Below, piece by piece: positions 51,866-63,866 of a stretch of DNA of 64,000 nucleotides. Each line of letters opens with the position of its first letter. The stretch's first letter is position 1. Position numbers and translations under genes: made by a program. Under the pieces are notes generated by a model. That model was not told where the DNA came from and ran no database searches. It saw only the letters and a program-made list of their open reading frames with translations. The DNA comes from Nitrospirota bacterium. Its GTDB lineage: Bacteria > Nitrospirota > UBA9217. The stretch spans positions 1,440,001 through 1,504,000 of the forward strand of contig CAWCKW010000012.1 of the NCBI GenBank assembly GCA_963796285.1. The letters are read 5' to 3'.

Positions 51866-52836
51866 AAAAAAAGAGGACTGCCTTTCTTTTCTGTATTCAG
51901 GGTAGTTCCCGCAGTATAATTCGGCCCTGATGTATCAAGCTAACAGTGTCTCCAAACATGGTAACTGCCGACTATCGGAGGTCGTGCCGCATATAAACTT
52001 ATATAGAACGATCTCAATGTCGTGGATCATTGGAAGAGCCCGTTATATGAACCAAGGCTTTTTTTTACTTTTCAAGCAGCTCTATAATGAACGTCGCTAT
52101 TTCACCTCGTTGTTGTCCGGAAAACGAATGTATTTCCAAGCACTGGTTCGGACATAAAATTATAGGGATTGCCAATTAGTATAAGTTCAAGCGGATCCTC
52201 ACGCAAGTCATTGTTTAATTTTAAGATAATTAAAAAAAGCATTAAACAAAAACGTATTGTTATTATAAGTTTTCGTCATAGTGAAGTCAATAATTAATAG
52301 TTGAATTGCAAGGTATTTTCAGTCAAAACGATAAAATTACAGTTTGCGTTTATCTCTGCTGAAAACAATCATGTATGAAATTATCTGCCTTCAGCTGAAT
52401 ATGCGGCCTTATCACCGCGTTGTTCCGCTCTGGTCGACTGCACAGGCGTGCCAGCTGACTGACAAGAAAGAGTACGGCCAAGAATGCTGAGATTCTTATC
52501 GAATACCCGTCCTTTTTTATATTCGTAATATATATAGAAGCACCCTTGAAGTAAAGGGAATATTCACCGTGTTCGCTCTCGTGTTGAGTAAATCAGATAG
52601 GATGAAGCTTTCAACGATCCGTTATGCTGTCTAACAAATAACTTCAACGCGGTTTTGTAATAGCAGGTCGGGAGAGAAGACTGGTTGTCACAGCATGTGG
52701 GCCTGGATGATCGGTCACCGTACTGGGGGAATTCATGCTAATCATAGGCGTTTTTTGTTGCAACTTTCGTTAGATCCGGCATTTAGTGCAGCAGCGATGC
52801 GACCAGCGTTGTCCAGATATTGTTTTAGACATGGAA

Positions 52837-53724
52837 TTATTGCAGCGTGATAAGATAGTCCAACAGTTTTTTTCTCGTCCCTTCGTCCTCCTGTGCCTTT
52901 ACGTGGCCGGGGACTGCGATCTCCCAGATATCCTTGGGCGATAGCGCAGCATCATATAACATGCGGCTGTGATGCCCGGGAACGATATCATCATGCTTCC
53001 CATAGATGATGACGACCGGGACAGGCGCAACTCTCTTTATAAATTTTATTGGGCTGAAATCATCGTTGATCAGCCAGGACAACGGATACTGAAACGGCCA
53101 GCCGATCACGGAACCTGCTATTTTCTCTCGGGCTATCCCGCGATAGCTCGAGAACGGGCTGTCCAGAATAAGCGCCTTGACCCGGTTTTTATACGGCGAG
53201 TTGGCCACGGTGTAAACAGCCACAGCACCGCCAAGGCTCTTGCCGAAAACCACGATATTATCACGCTTAGCGCGCGGCAGGGTAAATAGGAGTGTTTCAA
53301 GCGCCGCCTCGGCATCCCGGTTGATCCCCTGGACATCCGGCCGGCCTTCCGACCGACCGTAGCCGCGATAATCGAAGATAAAGAGATTGTAGCCCGCATC
53401 GATCAGCCATAAGTCAAGCAGCACATGGGTGCTGAGGTTCTCCACATTGCCATGGCAGATGAGGATGGTACCGCGCTCTTCCTTTGCCCTGAAATACCAT
53501 CCATGCAGGGTCAGTCCATCGGAAGACATAAAGTAAACGTCCGTTGGTGAACGCTTTTGCACCTCGGGGCTGTCCACCAGCTGTTTCGATGGCTTGAAAA
53601 AAAGATGCGTGCAGCCGGGGAAAAGAATTACGGTTATGATGAGAACGAAGGGCAAGGCGGACAGAGAAAAAAGTGACTGGATGCGAATGAACAGTAAAAT
53701 AACGAATGACTGAAACGACCTCAT
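52837..53724 (-). CDS. Alpha/beta hydrolase (YfhR/ABHD13-like), probable lipoprotein
   Basis: FPGC, HGNVEN, DYRGYGRSEG, GKSLGG, DDIVP, GH. Confidence 0.85.
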   Translation of the reverse strand: MRSFQSFVILLFIRIQSLFSLSALPFVLIITVILFPGCTHLFFKPSKQLVDSPEVQKRSPTDVYFMSSDGLTLHGWYFRAKEERGTILICHGNVENLSTHVLLDLWLIDAGYNLFIFDYRGYGRSEGRPDVQGINRDAEAALETLLFTLPRAKRDNIVVFGKSLGGAVAVYTVANSPYKNRVKALILDSPFSSYRGIAREKIAGSVIGWPFQYPLSWLINDDFSPIKFIKRVAPVPVVIIYGKHDDIVPGHHSRMLYDAALSPKDIWEIAVPGHVKAQEDEGTRKKLLDYLITLQ

Positions 53725-53823
53725 GAATTTATTTGTAGCATGTTCACGACAGGGCTGTCAACGGATTTCCGCATAATCCGCTTGCATTGTTTTGCAACAG
53801 GTATTAAAATCCACACTCCATCT

Positions 53824-54879
53824 ATGAATAATTCTTCTCACCAGAGCATCGACCTCAAAGGTCTCACCCCTCGCGAAATCGACCGGTTTTGTACTGAACG
53901 GCTGGGCCAGAAACCCGGCCAGGGGACCCGCGCAGCAGTATGGCTTTACCGCAGGAAGGTCGAAGATATCGATGCCATGGCCGACTTGAACAAGCCGTTC
54001 CGCGACCAGTTGAAGCGGCATGTTTCTATCTCGCAGCTTACCCTTGTGCAGCGCATTACGTCTGAGGACGGAACCGAGAAACTGCTCTATCGACTGGATG
54101 ATGGGAACACTATCGAGGGCGTGCTCATCCCCGGCCCGGGGGGACGGCTCACGCTCTGCGTCTCCTCGCAGGTCGGTTGCGCGTCGGGCTGCGGCTTCTG
54201 CCTCACCGGATCGGGCGGGCTGGTGCGGAACCTCACTGTTTCGGAGATCGTGAACCAGGTCTTCGCGGCGCGGAAGGTCGTGGGCGAAAAGAACATCTCG
54301 AATCTTGTCCTGATGGGCATGGGCGAGCCGCTCAGTAATTACACCGCCGTTAGATCTTTCATCGAGATCGTTACGGACCGGAACGGGATGGATTTCTCGC
54401 CCAGGAAAGTAACGCTCTCGACGTGCGGACTCGCTCCGATGATAGAGAAACTCGCGGATGACGGTGTGGACGTGAGCCTTGCCGTGTCACTGAATGCGAC
54501 CACGGACGAGGTGAGGGGTGCGATGATGCCGGTGAATAAAACGTATCCTATCGCGCGGCTGATGGAGGCAGTGCGGTATTACTGTGAAAAGACCGGAAGG
54601 ACCGTGACGATCGAGTATGTGCTCTTCAAGGGAGTAAATGATTCGTATGATGATGTGAAGCGGCTTATGGAGTTGCTCCAGGACCTGCACTGCATGATCA
54701 ATATCCTGCTCTTCAACCCCTTCCCCGGCTCGTCTTTTGACCGCCCCGATGAGCAGCGGGCCTTCGTGTTCAGGGACATCCTCGTGACCAACGGCTACGT
54801 AACCGTGGTCAGGAACAGCCGTGGCCGCGACATCCATGCCGCCTGCGGCCAGCTGAGGGCGGCAACAGCTCCTATCTGA
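53824..54879 (+). CDS. rlmN: Dual-specificity 23S rRNA/tRNA m2A methyltransferase
   Basis: SSQVGCASGCGFC, MGMGEP, SLNA, EYVL, RGRDIHAACGQL. Confidence 0.93.
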   Translation: MNNSSHQSIDLKGLTPREIDRFCTERLGQKPGQGTRAAVWLYRRKVEDIDAMADLNKPFRDQLKRHVSISQLTLVQRITSEDGTEKLLYRLDDGNTIEGVLIPGPGGRLTLCVSSQVGCASGCGFCLTGSGGLVRNLTVSEIVNQVFAARKVVGEKNISNLVLMGMGEPLSNYTAVRSFIEIVTDRNGMDFSPRKVTLSTCGLAPMIEKLADDGVDVSLAVSLNATTDEVRGAMMPVNKTYPIARLMEAVRYYCEKTGRTVTIEYVLFKGVNDSYDDVKRLMELLQDLHCMINILLFNPFPGSSFDRPDEQRAFVFRDILVTNGYVTVVRNSRGRDIHAACGQLRAATAPI

Positions 54880-54909
54880 TTCATAGTGCGGCCTGTGGCC
54901 GCAACCAAT

Positions 54910-54993
54910 CCCCCCTCACCTCGATCCTCTCCCTCGTTGGGGAGAGGATGTAAACCTCCCTCGCCCCTTGCGGGAGAGGGCTGGGGTGAGAGG
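54910..54993. repeat. REP-like nested palindrome between convergent rlmN and rluD
   Basis: cctcacc..tcctctccc..ggggagagga..ccctcgccc..gggagaggg..ggtgagagg. Confidence 0.65.
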
Positions 54994-55060
54994 TCTATTC
55001 AAGGGCAATCATTCGCGAGGAACGCAGGTTTTGAAGAAAAATAACATTTCACTTTGATTC

Positions 55061-56026
55061 TCAGCGCGATTTCTCATTCTGCTTCATCTGCCGCAACTTA
55101 TCAATGATCTCGGCCATGTCCGCGGGCAACGGCGCCGTAAATGACAGGGGCTTTCCCGTAGCCGGATGGAGGAACGAAAGCGTCTCGGCGTGAAGCATCT
55201 GGCGGGTGATGATGCGTTCCCCGAATTGGGTCGATTTCCCGCCGCCGTACACGCGGTCACCGAGCACGGGATGGCCGATATGCGCCATGTGCACGCGGAT
55301 CTGGTGCGTGCGGCCGGTCTTGATCTCCACCTCCACGAGTGTCGCGTTTTTGTACCGCTCCTTCACCGTAAAGATCGTGACGGCCTCGCGGGCATGGTGC
55401 GTGTGGGTGCTGATCTTCTTGCGCTCCTTCACGTGGCGGCCAAGGCCGACATCGATCGTTCCCGAACCTTTCTTGATCACACCCGCAACCAGTGCGACGT
55501 AGCGCTTCTTGACCACACGGTTCTTGAACTGCATGGTCAACGAGCGGAGCGCCTCCTGCGTCCGGGCCACGACCATCACGCCTGAGGTGTCCTTGTCCAG
55601 GCGATGCACAATGCCCGCGCGTTCGCGTGCTCCCTCCGCCGCACCCTCGTTTCGTGGCAACAGGCTGCCGTAGTGATACAAAAGCGCATTCACGAGCGTG
55701 CCCGTGTAGTTGCCCGGCGCGGGATGCACAACAAGCCCCGGCGGTTTGTTCACCACGATGATATGAAGGTCCTCGCAAATAACGGAAAGCGAAATGGGCT
55801 CGGGCAGGACCTCATGAACTATTCTTTCAGGCAGCTCGAGCGTGACCTGTTCTCCAATCTTTACCTTATACCCTGGTTTTTCCATCTTGCCGTTGACGAG
55901 CGCACGGCCGCTTTTGATCAATGTCTGGATGCGGTTGCGGGAGAGATGGTGCTCGTAGTGCGCTATGAAGATATCAAGGCGCTTGCTGACGTGATTTTCG
56001 GTGACAATGTGGGTTATGATCGGCAT
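55061..56026 (-). CDS. rluD: 23S rRNA pseudouridine synthase with S4 domain
   Basis: RLD S4 domain; NKPPGLVVHP, GIVHRLDKDTSG, TGRTHQIRVH, RQMLHA. Confidence 0.93.
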   Translation of the reverse strand: MPIITHIVTENHVSKRLDIFIAHYEHHLSRNRIQTLIKSGRALVNGKMEKPGYKVKIGEQVTLELPERIVHEVLPEPISLSVICEDLHIIVVNKPPGLVVHPAPGNYTGTLVNALLYHYGSLLPRNEGAAEGARERAGIVHRLDKDTSGVMVVARTQEALRSLTMQFKNRVVKKRYVALVAGVIKKGSGTIDVGLGRHVKERKKISTHTHHAREAVTIFTVKERYKNATLVEVEIKTGRTHQIRVHMAHIGHPVLGDRVYGGGKSTQFGERIITRQMLHAETLSFLHPATGKPLSFTAPLPADMAEIIDKLRQMKQNEKSR

Positions 56027-56124
56027 GTTTCAAGGAAAAGCTCAAATGACAAAATCCAAAGCCCATATCTGGTTCATATCACGGAACAACTCATATGCAT
56101 AGTTTGATATTTACGTTTTGAAGT

Positions 56125-56952
56125 CTATTTATGCTTTGAGCTTTGTTGATCGGCACCGGCTCTCGTTGTCTTCCCGAGTCTCCAGAGCATGAATATTGAG
56201 AAACCGAACATGAATACCGCGATGACCTGAGATGTCGAGACCAGGCCTCCGAAGTACAGACCGCGGATCGCGTCGCCACGGAAGAACTCAATGATGAACC
56301 GCAGGACCGAATAGAAGAGCGGGTAGAACCAGAAGAGCTGGCCGTCGAACTTCTTGGAGCGCCGAAGAAGAATGAGCACACTGAAGATCAGGAACTCTCC
56401 GCCCGACTCCATGAGCTGTGTCGGGAAGAGCGGCACACCCAGGGGCGCAAGGGAGTGCGAATCATGGTAGGTCACGGAGATCGGTCCGCTGCACGAGGAA
56501 CCATAGCAACACCCGGCAAAAAAACAGCCGAGCCTGCCGAAGGCGTGTCCAAGTGCGATGTAAGGGGCCATGATGTCCGCTGTCTTCCAGACCGGCAGGT
56601 TGTGCTTCCGCACGTACCATATGCCGACGGGGACCGCGGCAAGAAGCCCGCCATAGAACACGAGCCCGCCTTTCCAGATCGCAAAGGCGTCAAGCGGGTG
56701 CGCCGTGAACTCCTGCAGCGTTGTCAATACATAGAGGATACGTGAACCAACGATGGCCGCGAGGAGCAGGTAGACGCCCATATCGAGAATCCGGTCCGGG
56801 TCCATGCCCTCTTTCTTGGCGCGCCGCGACGCCAGGTACATGGCCAGGAGGAATCCGATTCCGATCATAAGGCCGTACATCCTGATCGGGATCGGTCCGA
56901 ACGTCCAGTTTCCGATCGTGATCGAGGGTATTTCGAACAAAATAGGATGCAT
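56125..56952 (-). CDS. lgt: Prolipoprotein diacylglyceryl transferase
   Basis: MHP, RMYG, WKGGLVFYGG, GRLGCF..GCCYG, RFIIEFFR. Confidence 0.93.
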   Translation of the reverse strand: MHPILFEIPSITIGNWTFGPIPIRMYGLMIGIGFLLAMYLASRRAKKEGMDPDRILDMGVYLLLAAIVGSRILYVLTTLQEFTAHPLDAFAIWKGGLVFYGGLLAAVPVGIWYVRKHNLPVWKTADIMAPYIALGHAFGRLGCFFAGCCYGSSCSGPISVTYHDSHSLAPLGVPLFPTQLMESGGEFLIFSVLILLRRSKKFDGQLFWFYPLFYSVLRFIIEFFRGDAIRGLYFGGLVSTSQVIAVFMFGFSIFMLWRLGKTTRAGADQQSSKHK

Positions 56953-57036
56953 GATGGGCCTTTCTATATAATGTCAACGTCTAGGGTCCAATAGATCAAA
57001 GCGCAACGGTCTAGATATTGATCAAACCGGATAAAA

Positions 57037-57152
57037 TCCGCCGCTAAGGTGCTGAGAGACAGAGGATAACACGGCAAAATCAGCGGGTTTTTTTCTTGAG
57101 CCTCTGTTTATGGCCGCGCTTACGCAAGTGCAGGCTACGTCTCTGCGGTTAA
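57037..57152. repeat. Degenerate 9-bp-period inverted repeat
   Basis: ccgccgctaaggtgctgagagacagag ... ctctgcggttaa; contains cgcaagtgcagg. Confidence 0.45.
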
Positions 57153-57188
57153 AATATGCCCATTTACGAAGCCATCAAATAGTTATCT

Positions 57189-57683
57189 TTAAGAGGATGG
57201 TGCTGGAGATTTGGCGTTTGCCCCAAACAGCATCTCGAATGCCAGCAGCACCACACCGATCGAGATGGCCGAGTCCGCAACGTTGAACGACGGCCAATAA
57301 TACGATTTTACGTACCACTGAATAAAGTCCACCACTTCACCATACCGGATGCGGTCGACCACATTGCCTATTGCCCCACCCGCAATGAGTGAAAATGCGT
57401 ACACCAGGAGGCGGTCATGAGTTTTTATGATGAGCGCGCTGATCGCGGCCACCGCAACCAGCGTGACCGTGATGAAGAACGCGCTCCTCCAGAACTCCGG
57501 CAGAGTGGAAAGAATGCCAAAGGCCGCGCCTTTGTTCCGTACATGGGTGATGTTGAAGAAGCCGGGAACAACAGGAATGCTGTCATTGAGCCGTACGTGC
57601 GTTTGAATGACATATTTAGTGATCTGGTCGAGGACCAGCACGATACCGACGATCGATCCGACCTTGAGATATTTGTTTTTCAT
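57189..57683 (-). CDS. lspA: Signal peptidase II
   Basis: DQITK, NKGAAFG, GAIGNVVDR, VVDFI, WPSFNVADS. Confidence 0.95.
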   Translation of the reverse strand: MKNKYLKVGSIVGIVLVLDQITKYVIQTHVRLNDSIPVVPGFFNITHVRNKGAAFGILSTLPEFWRSAFFITVTLVAVAAISALIIKTHDRLLVYAFSLIAGGAIGNVVDRIRYGEVVDFIQWYVKSYYWPSFNVADSAISIGVVLLAFEMLFGANAKSPAPSS

Positions 57684-57783
57684 AGCACCCTTACCGGAAA
57701 AACAAAACCGTGGATCCGATAAACATTCGGGACTGACAGTTCTTTATCTCCAATATCTCCGCAATCGATCCGAATCGAACTTG

Positions 57784-60574
57784 TTACAGATTGCCCGCGC
57801 ACCTGCCGCAGATCTCAGGATGTTCCTTCACCGTCCCCACGGTCTCACTGTACATCCAGCAGCGGCCGCACTTCACTCCCGTGGCCGGACCGGCCGCGAT
57901 CTTGAGCCCTTGTATCACATCGCTCGTGTAAGCATCTGCGGGCGCTTCAGCTTCTTTTGCCAGAGACACGGACGAGACGATAAAGATGAAGGCCAGGTCT
58001 TTTTTATAATTGTTCAGAAGCTCGATACAGTTCCGGCGCGGCATAGAGCGTCACGGCCGCGTCGAGTGAATGGCCGATCTTCTTGTCCCGGCGGAGCCCT
58101 TCGAGCACCTTCGCTGCCTCGCCGCGCACCGCGAGGATCCTGTCCCACCGTGCATCAAGCGCATCATCGAGGTACTGTCGTCTTCCACCTTCGGGAAATC
58201 AGCCAGGAATACGCTCTTGTGCTGCCGCGCTCTCCTTCATATAGCCCCAGACCTCGTCCGCGGTGAACGACAGCACCGGCGCCATGAGTCGGATCATCGC
58301 GGAGAGGATCGCATGCATGGTGGTCTGGCCCGACCGCCGTTCAATCGAGGTGGTCTTAGCGGTATAGAGCCGGTCTTTCAGGATGTCGAGGTAGAACGCG
58401 CTCATGTCAACAGCGCAAAAATTGTGAAGCGAGTGGAACACAACATGGAACTCGAATTCATCATAGGCCTTCTCCACGCGCTGGACCAGCTTCTGCAGCC
58501 GATGCATTGCCCAGCGATCGATCTCAAGCAGGTCCTTGTCCGCGACCCTGTCCTTTTCAGGATCAAAGTCAGAGAGATTGCCGAGGAGATAGCGGCTGGT
58601 GTTCCTGATCCTGCGGTAGGCCTCCGCCAGATGGGTCAGGATCTCCGGCGAGATGCGGACATCGTCGCGATAGTCCGCTGCCGAGACCCAGAGCCGGAGC
58701 ACCTCCGCGCCGTACTTGTCGATCACTTCCTGCGGAGCGACCACGTTGCCCGCCGACTTGCTCATTTTCTTGCCTGAGCCGTCCACGGTGAATCCGTGCG
58801 TCAGAACCGTCCGGTAGGGCGCCTGGCCGGTGGTCCCCACGGAGGTAAGGAGCGAGGACTGGAACCACCCGCGGTGCTGGTCGCTGCCTTCAAGGTACAG
58901 GTCCGCGGGCCAGGAGAGTTCCGGCCGCTGTTTGAGGACCGCGGCGTGGCTCACGCCGGAATCGAACCACACATCAAGGATGTCCATCTCCTTCTCGAAG
59001 TCCTGCTTCCCGCACTTTTTGCATGACGTTCCGGACGGCAGCAGTTCAGCAGACGGACCTGGTGAACCAGATATCAGCGCCTTCTTTTTCAACGATCGTC
59101 AGCCACATGGTCGATGATCGACTTGTCCAGGAGCAGTTGGCCGCAGTCCTTGCAGGTGAACGCGACAATGGACACGCCCCATGCCCGCTGGCGCGAGATG
59201 CACCAGTCGGGCCGTTTCTCGACCATGGAGAGGAACCGGTCCTTGCCCCATCCCGGGACCCAGGTGACCTTGTGGACGTTCTCCACGGTCTTTTTGAGCA
59301 GGTCATTGTTCTTCATGGAGATGAACCACTGCTCGGTGGCGCGGAAGATGACGGGGTTCTTGCACCGCCAGCAATGGGGATAGGAGTGGATTATTTTTTC
59401 TTCGGCAAGGAGCGCGTTCTTTTCTTTCAGAAGATTGATGATGCCCTTGTTCGCCTTGTGCACGTTCTCGCCGGCGAACTGGCCGGCCTCTTTTGTGAAC
59501 CTGGCTTTATGATCGACGGGCGCATACACGTCAAGACCGTACCGGATGCCGGCCTCGTAATCCTCCTGGCCGTGGCCCGGAGCGGTATGCACAACGCCGG
59601 TGCCTGCCTCGAGCGTGACGTGCTCTCCGAGGATGACCTGGGAATCCCGGTCAATGAACGGGTGGCGCGCCTTGAGGCCTTCGAGTTTCTTGCCTTTGAA
59701 CTTCTCGATGACCTTGTGCTCCGTTCATCCCGAACTTCTGGAGCGACTGGGCGAGGAGCGCCTCGGCAACGATGATGACCGAGTTGGAACCGATGTCAAC
59801 GGCAACATAGTCGAACTCCGGATGAAGCGCCACGGCAAGGTTCGAGACGAGCGTCCAGGGCGTGGTGGTCCAGATCACGACAGCGACATTCTTTCCCGCG
59901 AGCGACGGCAATGCCTTTGCCGCATCGGGAAGCGCGAACCGGACCGAGATGGAGGGCGATTCATGGTCCGCATACTCCACCTCCGCCTCGGCAAGGGCTG
60001 TCTCGCAGGACCCGCACCAGTACACGGGCTTCTTCCCTTTATACACGCCGCCGGCACCCACGAACTTTCCGAGTTCCCGCACGATCGCGGCCTCATAGGC
60101 GTAGTTCATCGTGAGGTAGGGATTGTCCCAGTCGCCGAACACGCCGAGCCGCTTGAACTCCTCGCGCTGGATATCGATGAACTTCCCGGCATACTCGCGG
60201 CAAAGCTTCCGGATCTCGGCCTTGCTCATGCCCTCTTTTTTCGGGCCGAGGTTCTTGAGCACCTGGTGCTCGATGGGAAGGCCGTGGCAGTCCCAGCCCG
60301 GTACATAAGGAGAGGAGAACCCCTGCATGGACTTGTACTTGACGATGATGTCCTTCAGGATCTTGTTCAGCGCATGGCCGATATGGATATGCCCGTTCGC
60401 GTACGGAGGCCCGTCATGCAGGATGTAGGTCTTCTTCCCCTTGTTCCGCTCCTGGATCTGATCATAGGTCCCCTGCTCTTTCCAGCGCAGGATCGTCCGC
60501 GGCTCCAGGTCCTTCAGATTTGCCTTCATGGGAAAGTCGGTTTTCGGCAGATTGAGCGTTGTCTTATAATCCAT
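57784..60574 (-). CDS. ileS: Isoleucine--tRNA ligase, several frameshifts (probable sequencing errors)
   Basis: [56 protein letters not shown]-terminal CGRC..CGRC. Confidence 0.93.
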
Positions 60575-60589
60575 ACCTGTTTTTCCTCT

Positions 60590-60625
60590 CCAATCCGCAC
60601 ATCCGAAATCCGCAATCCGAAATTC
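60590..60625. repeat. 7-bp-period tandem repeat (aatccgc/aatccga)
   Basis: caatccgcacatccgaaatccgcaatccgaaattc. Confidence 0.55.
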
Positions 60626-60636
60626 TGGATTCCATG

Positions 60637-63123
60637 TTAATCCGTTATCTCTTCAGGGTTGATTTTCGTCTTCGGCGCTTCTCCCCCGCCGCCCTGGTCA
60701 AGGCTGAAGAAATCCGTCTTCGATTTCTTTACCGAATCAGCGTACTGCGTCGGTTCTGTTCCCCTGCGGAACACATCAGTGATAGACTTCCGCTGCGCCC
60801 TCCCGCGCTAGCAGTCCGCTCTCGGGATCGATCTTCACGAACACCACGTCATCGGTGCGCATTGAAATCCTCGGCAGGCTTGTCCGCAAGCGCCTTTGCC
60901 ATGACGTTGATCCAGATCGGGAGCGCGGCGCGCGCGCCGGTCTCTTTGTCGCCGAGCGAGGCCTGCGAATTATCATATCCCACCCACACGCCCGTCACCA
61001 TGCTCGGAGCATAGCCCACGAACCAGGCGTCGACATAATTGTTCGTGGTGCCGGTCTTGCCCGCCAGGGGTTTTCCGAGGACCTGGGCGCCCCTGCCCGT
61101 GCCTTCCTCCACCACGCTCTTGAGCAGGCTCGTAACGAGATAGGCCGTGGTCGGGTCTATGGCCTCTTTGGGCTGGGGCTGATAGCTCTCGAGTTCCACG
61201 CCGTTGCCGTCAACGATGCTCTTGATGATGATGGGCTCGGTGCGTATCCCCTGCGATGCGAAGGTCGCGTACGCCGAGGTGAGTTCGAGCGGCGTCACCG
61301 CCGACGAGCCGAGGGCCGTTGTGTAATCATAGCTGATCGGGCTCGTGATCCCGGCCTTACGGGCGAAATCAATGGTCTTGTCCAGACCGATCTTCTCGAG
61401 CAGTCCGACCGTGACGGCATTTCGCGAAAGTGCCAGCGCTGTTCGCAAACGCATGGGGCCGAGGAACCGCTCGTCGTAATTCGTCGGTTTCCAACCCTTT
61501 TTATCGTACTCGTCCTTCTCGTGGATTACCGGCAGGTCCATGAGGATGGAGGCCGGGGTGAAGCCGTTCTCGAGCGCCGCGCCGTAGATAAAGGGCTTGA
61601 ACGACGACCCGGGCTGGCGTTTGGCATCAAGTGGCGTGGTTGAAATCCGCCTTCGACAAAGTCATAGCCGCCGACCAGGGCGCGCACATATCCGGTATAG
61701 GGTTCGATCGACACGACCGCGCCCTCAACCAGCGGCGTCTGCTCCAGGATGAACGAGGCAAGTTGCTTCTTCTTGTCGTAATCCTTCAATCGAACCTTGA
61801 TGATATCGCCCGGCTTGAACGATGTTCGGCTGGTTTCTTGAACTCGTTGGGAGTCGTCCTTTGCCTTCTTGGGCTTGATGAGCGCCCAGGCCATGTCGTC
61901 CTGCATAATGTAGCCCATCATGCCGCGGCCCTTGACCGTGATATAGGAGTCGTCGACCGCGAGCACATGGGCGTTGAATGACTTCTCCGGGCTTCACCAT
62001 GACGTGGAGCGAGCCCCACTGGATCGGCGCGGATTTGAGCTGCTTGAACCCGACGCGGCCGCGAAAACCCTGCCGCTTGTCGAGCGCGCGCAGCCCCTCT
62101 TTGAGCGCCATATCCGCGGTGCGCTGGATATCGAGGTCAATGGTGGTGTAGACCTTGAGCCCTCCCTGGTACAGCTTGTCAGGCCCGTACTTTTTCTCGA
62201 TGTATTTTCGAATATAATCGACGATGAACGGCGCGACCTCTTCCTGGGTCCGCAAATTCTCGAGGTTGAGCGGCTGGTCGTAGATCTTTTTGCTCTGCTC
62301 CTCGGTGAGATATCCCTCCGCCACCATCCGCTTAAGCACATGCCACTGCCGCAGCTTGGTCAGGTCAATATCGCTGTAAGGCGAATACGCCGTGGGCGAC
62401 TTGGGGAGTCCGGCCAGGAGCGCTGCCTCAGCCTGGTTGACCTCCCAGATGTTCTTGCCAAAATAGGTCTTGGACGCCATCTGCACGCCATAGGCGCCGT
62501 GGCCGAAGTAGACCTTGTTCAAATAGAGCTCGAGGATCTCTTCCTTCGTCAACTCCTTCTCGAGCCTGCGCGCCAGGATGATCTCCTTGATCTTGCGTGT
62601 GATCTTCCGCTCCGGCGAAAGGAACACCACCTTCGTGAGCTGCTGCGTGATGGTGCTGCCGCCCTGCGCCACGCGGACCGCGATAATGTTCTTGAGCGCG
62701 GCCCGTCAGTATTCCGCGGTAGTCGATACCCGTATGTTGGAAGAAGCGCGGGTCTTCGGTCGCCAGGAGCGCGTTCACCATGTACTTCGGGATGCGCCTG
62801 AACGGAACGTAAATGCCTTTCTCGATCTTGATCTGTCCCAGCACCCTGCCGTCCTCGGCAAGGATCATCGTACCCGGGCTCGGCTTATAGTCCTTGAGCG
62901 ATTCCACGGTCGGCAGGCCGAAGGAAAGAATGAAGAACAGGAATGCGACGGAGATAACACCGGCTGCAAAAGCGATCACCAGGAGCTTCAATGCCTTCTT
63001 GGGGGTGAGGGCCTTGAGCCACGGCACCGCGATCGTGAACCAGAAGACCTTGAACTTCTCCCAGGCAAAACCGGTCACGTTCTTGAGACGCTCAAGGATT
63101 GCTGTTAAACCTTTTTTTATCAT
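60637..63123 (-). CDS. mrcA: Class A penicillin-binding protein 1A, several frameshifts
   Basis: [28 protein letters not shown]; QPGSSFKP; SRN; GKTGTTN. End coordinate inferred. Confidence 0.9.
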
Positions 63124-63452
63124 ACGGGTATTGATAACCTCAGGATATTCCGTTTGTTTTAGGCAGTATCGAAAATAATAACATCACGGGGGGATAAAAT
63201 CAAACGAAAAGTGTATTAATGTGCCATGTAAGGTACAATTCGATGTGGAAGAAATCCCTGATAACAGGCGATCGATCATTCCCGAGCACGCCTACCCATG
63301 CTCGAAATAAGCCCGACCATGCATACCGGCGCCAATAATCACATCGTTGCAAAAGACGCCAGGATATTCAAAACAGATCAGCGGGAAAGGCGCTCAAAAG
63401 ACGGACCCCTGTCGTTTGGCTGTCCATCATCCTCGGTCCTTACATTTTCTCC

Positions 63453-63866
63453 CTACCCTTTCCCCTTTTGTCTTAAAAACTCCCCGAACTTCATGTCGAT
63501 CTTCAAGATATGGTCCACGATCCAATCCACGACCACCTGGTTCGTGGTCGCTGAAAGATCGTAGGAACTGCCCTTCACCCGCGGTTGAGACGCCAGTTCC
63601 TTGAGCTCGGCAAGCGAGGCAAGGTATTTTCTGTGGTCCTCCCGCTGCTTCTCCAGCCCGTCGTAGTTCGCATCCCGCATATGCTTCTCTTCAGCAGCAA
63701 AATGGACCTTCGCGTAATCGTCAAGGAACTTGATCGTGTTGTCGATCTCTGATTTACAGCGCTGCTCCTTGATCGCGACAACGAGGTTGTTGATGTGCTT
63801 GAAGAGCTCTTTGTGCTGGCTGTCTATGGAACTGATGCCGATCGCCAATTTTTCCGTCCATTCCAT
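63453..63866 (-). CDS. Bacteriohemerythrin
   Basis: MEW..LAIG..IDSQHKELF, HFAAEE, DH, DWIVDHILKID. Confidence 0.88.
   Translation of the reverse strand: MEWTEKLAIGISSIDSQHKELFKHINNLVVAIKEQRCKSEIDNTIKFLDDYAKVHFAAEEKHMRDANYDGLEKQREDHRKYLASLAELKELASQPRVKGSSYDLSATTNQVVVDWIVDHILKIDMKFGEFLRQKGKG

Noticed and set aside
51955-51995. c-di-GMP-I riboswitch (cctccg..gatag..gttacc resemblance)
   Set aside because: The GGCAAA/GAAA/GACGCAAAG core is absent
52438-52454. Sigma54 promoter CTGGCACGCCTGTGCA on the minus strand
   Set aside because: GG-GC spacing is one base short of the strict -24/-12 spacing and it is ~570 nt from the next gene
60575-60636. T-box leader before ileS
   Set aside because: The gap is only ~60 nt and is filled by a heptamer repeat
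57784-63123. ileS and PBP1A as true pseudogenes or programmed frameshifts
   Set aside because: Essential or core genes with intact motifs and scattered single-base indels lacking slippery signals; assembly error is more parsimonious
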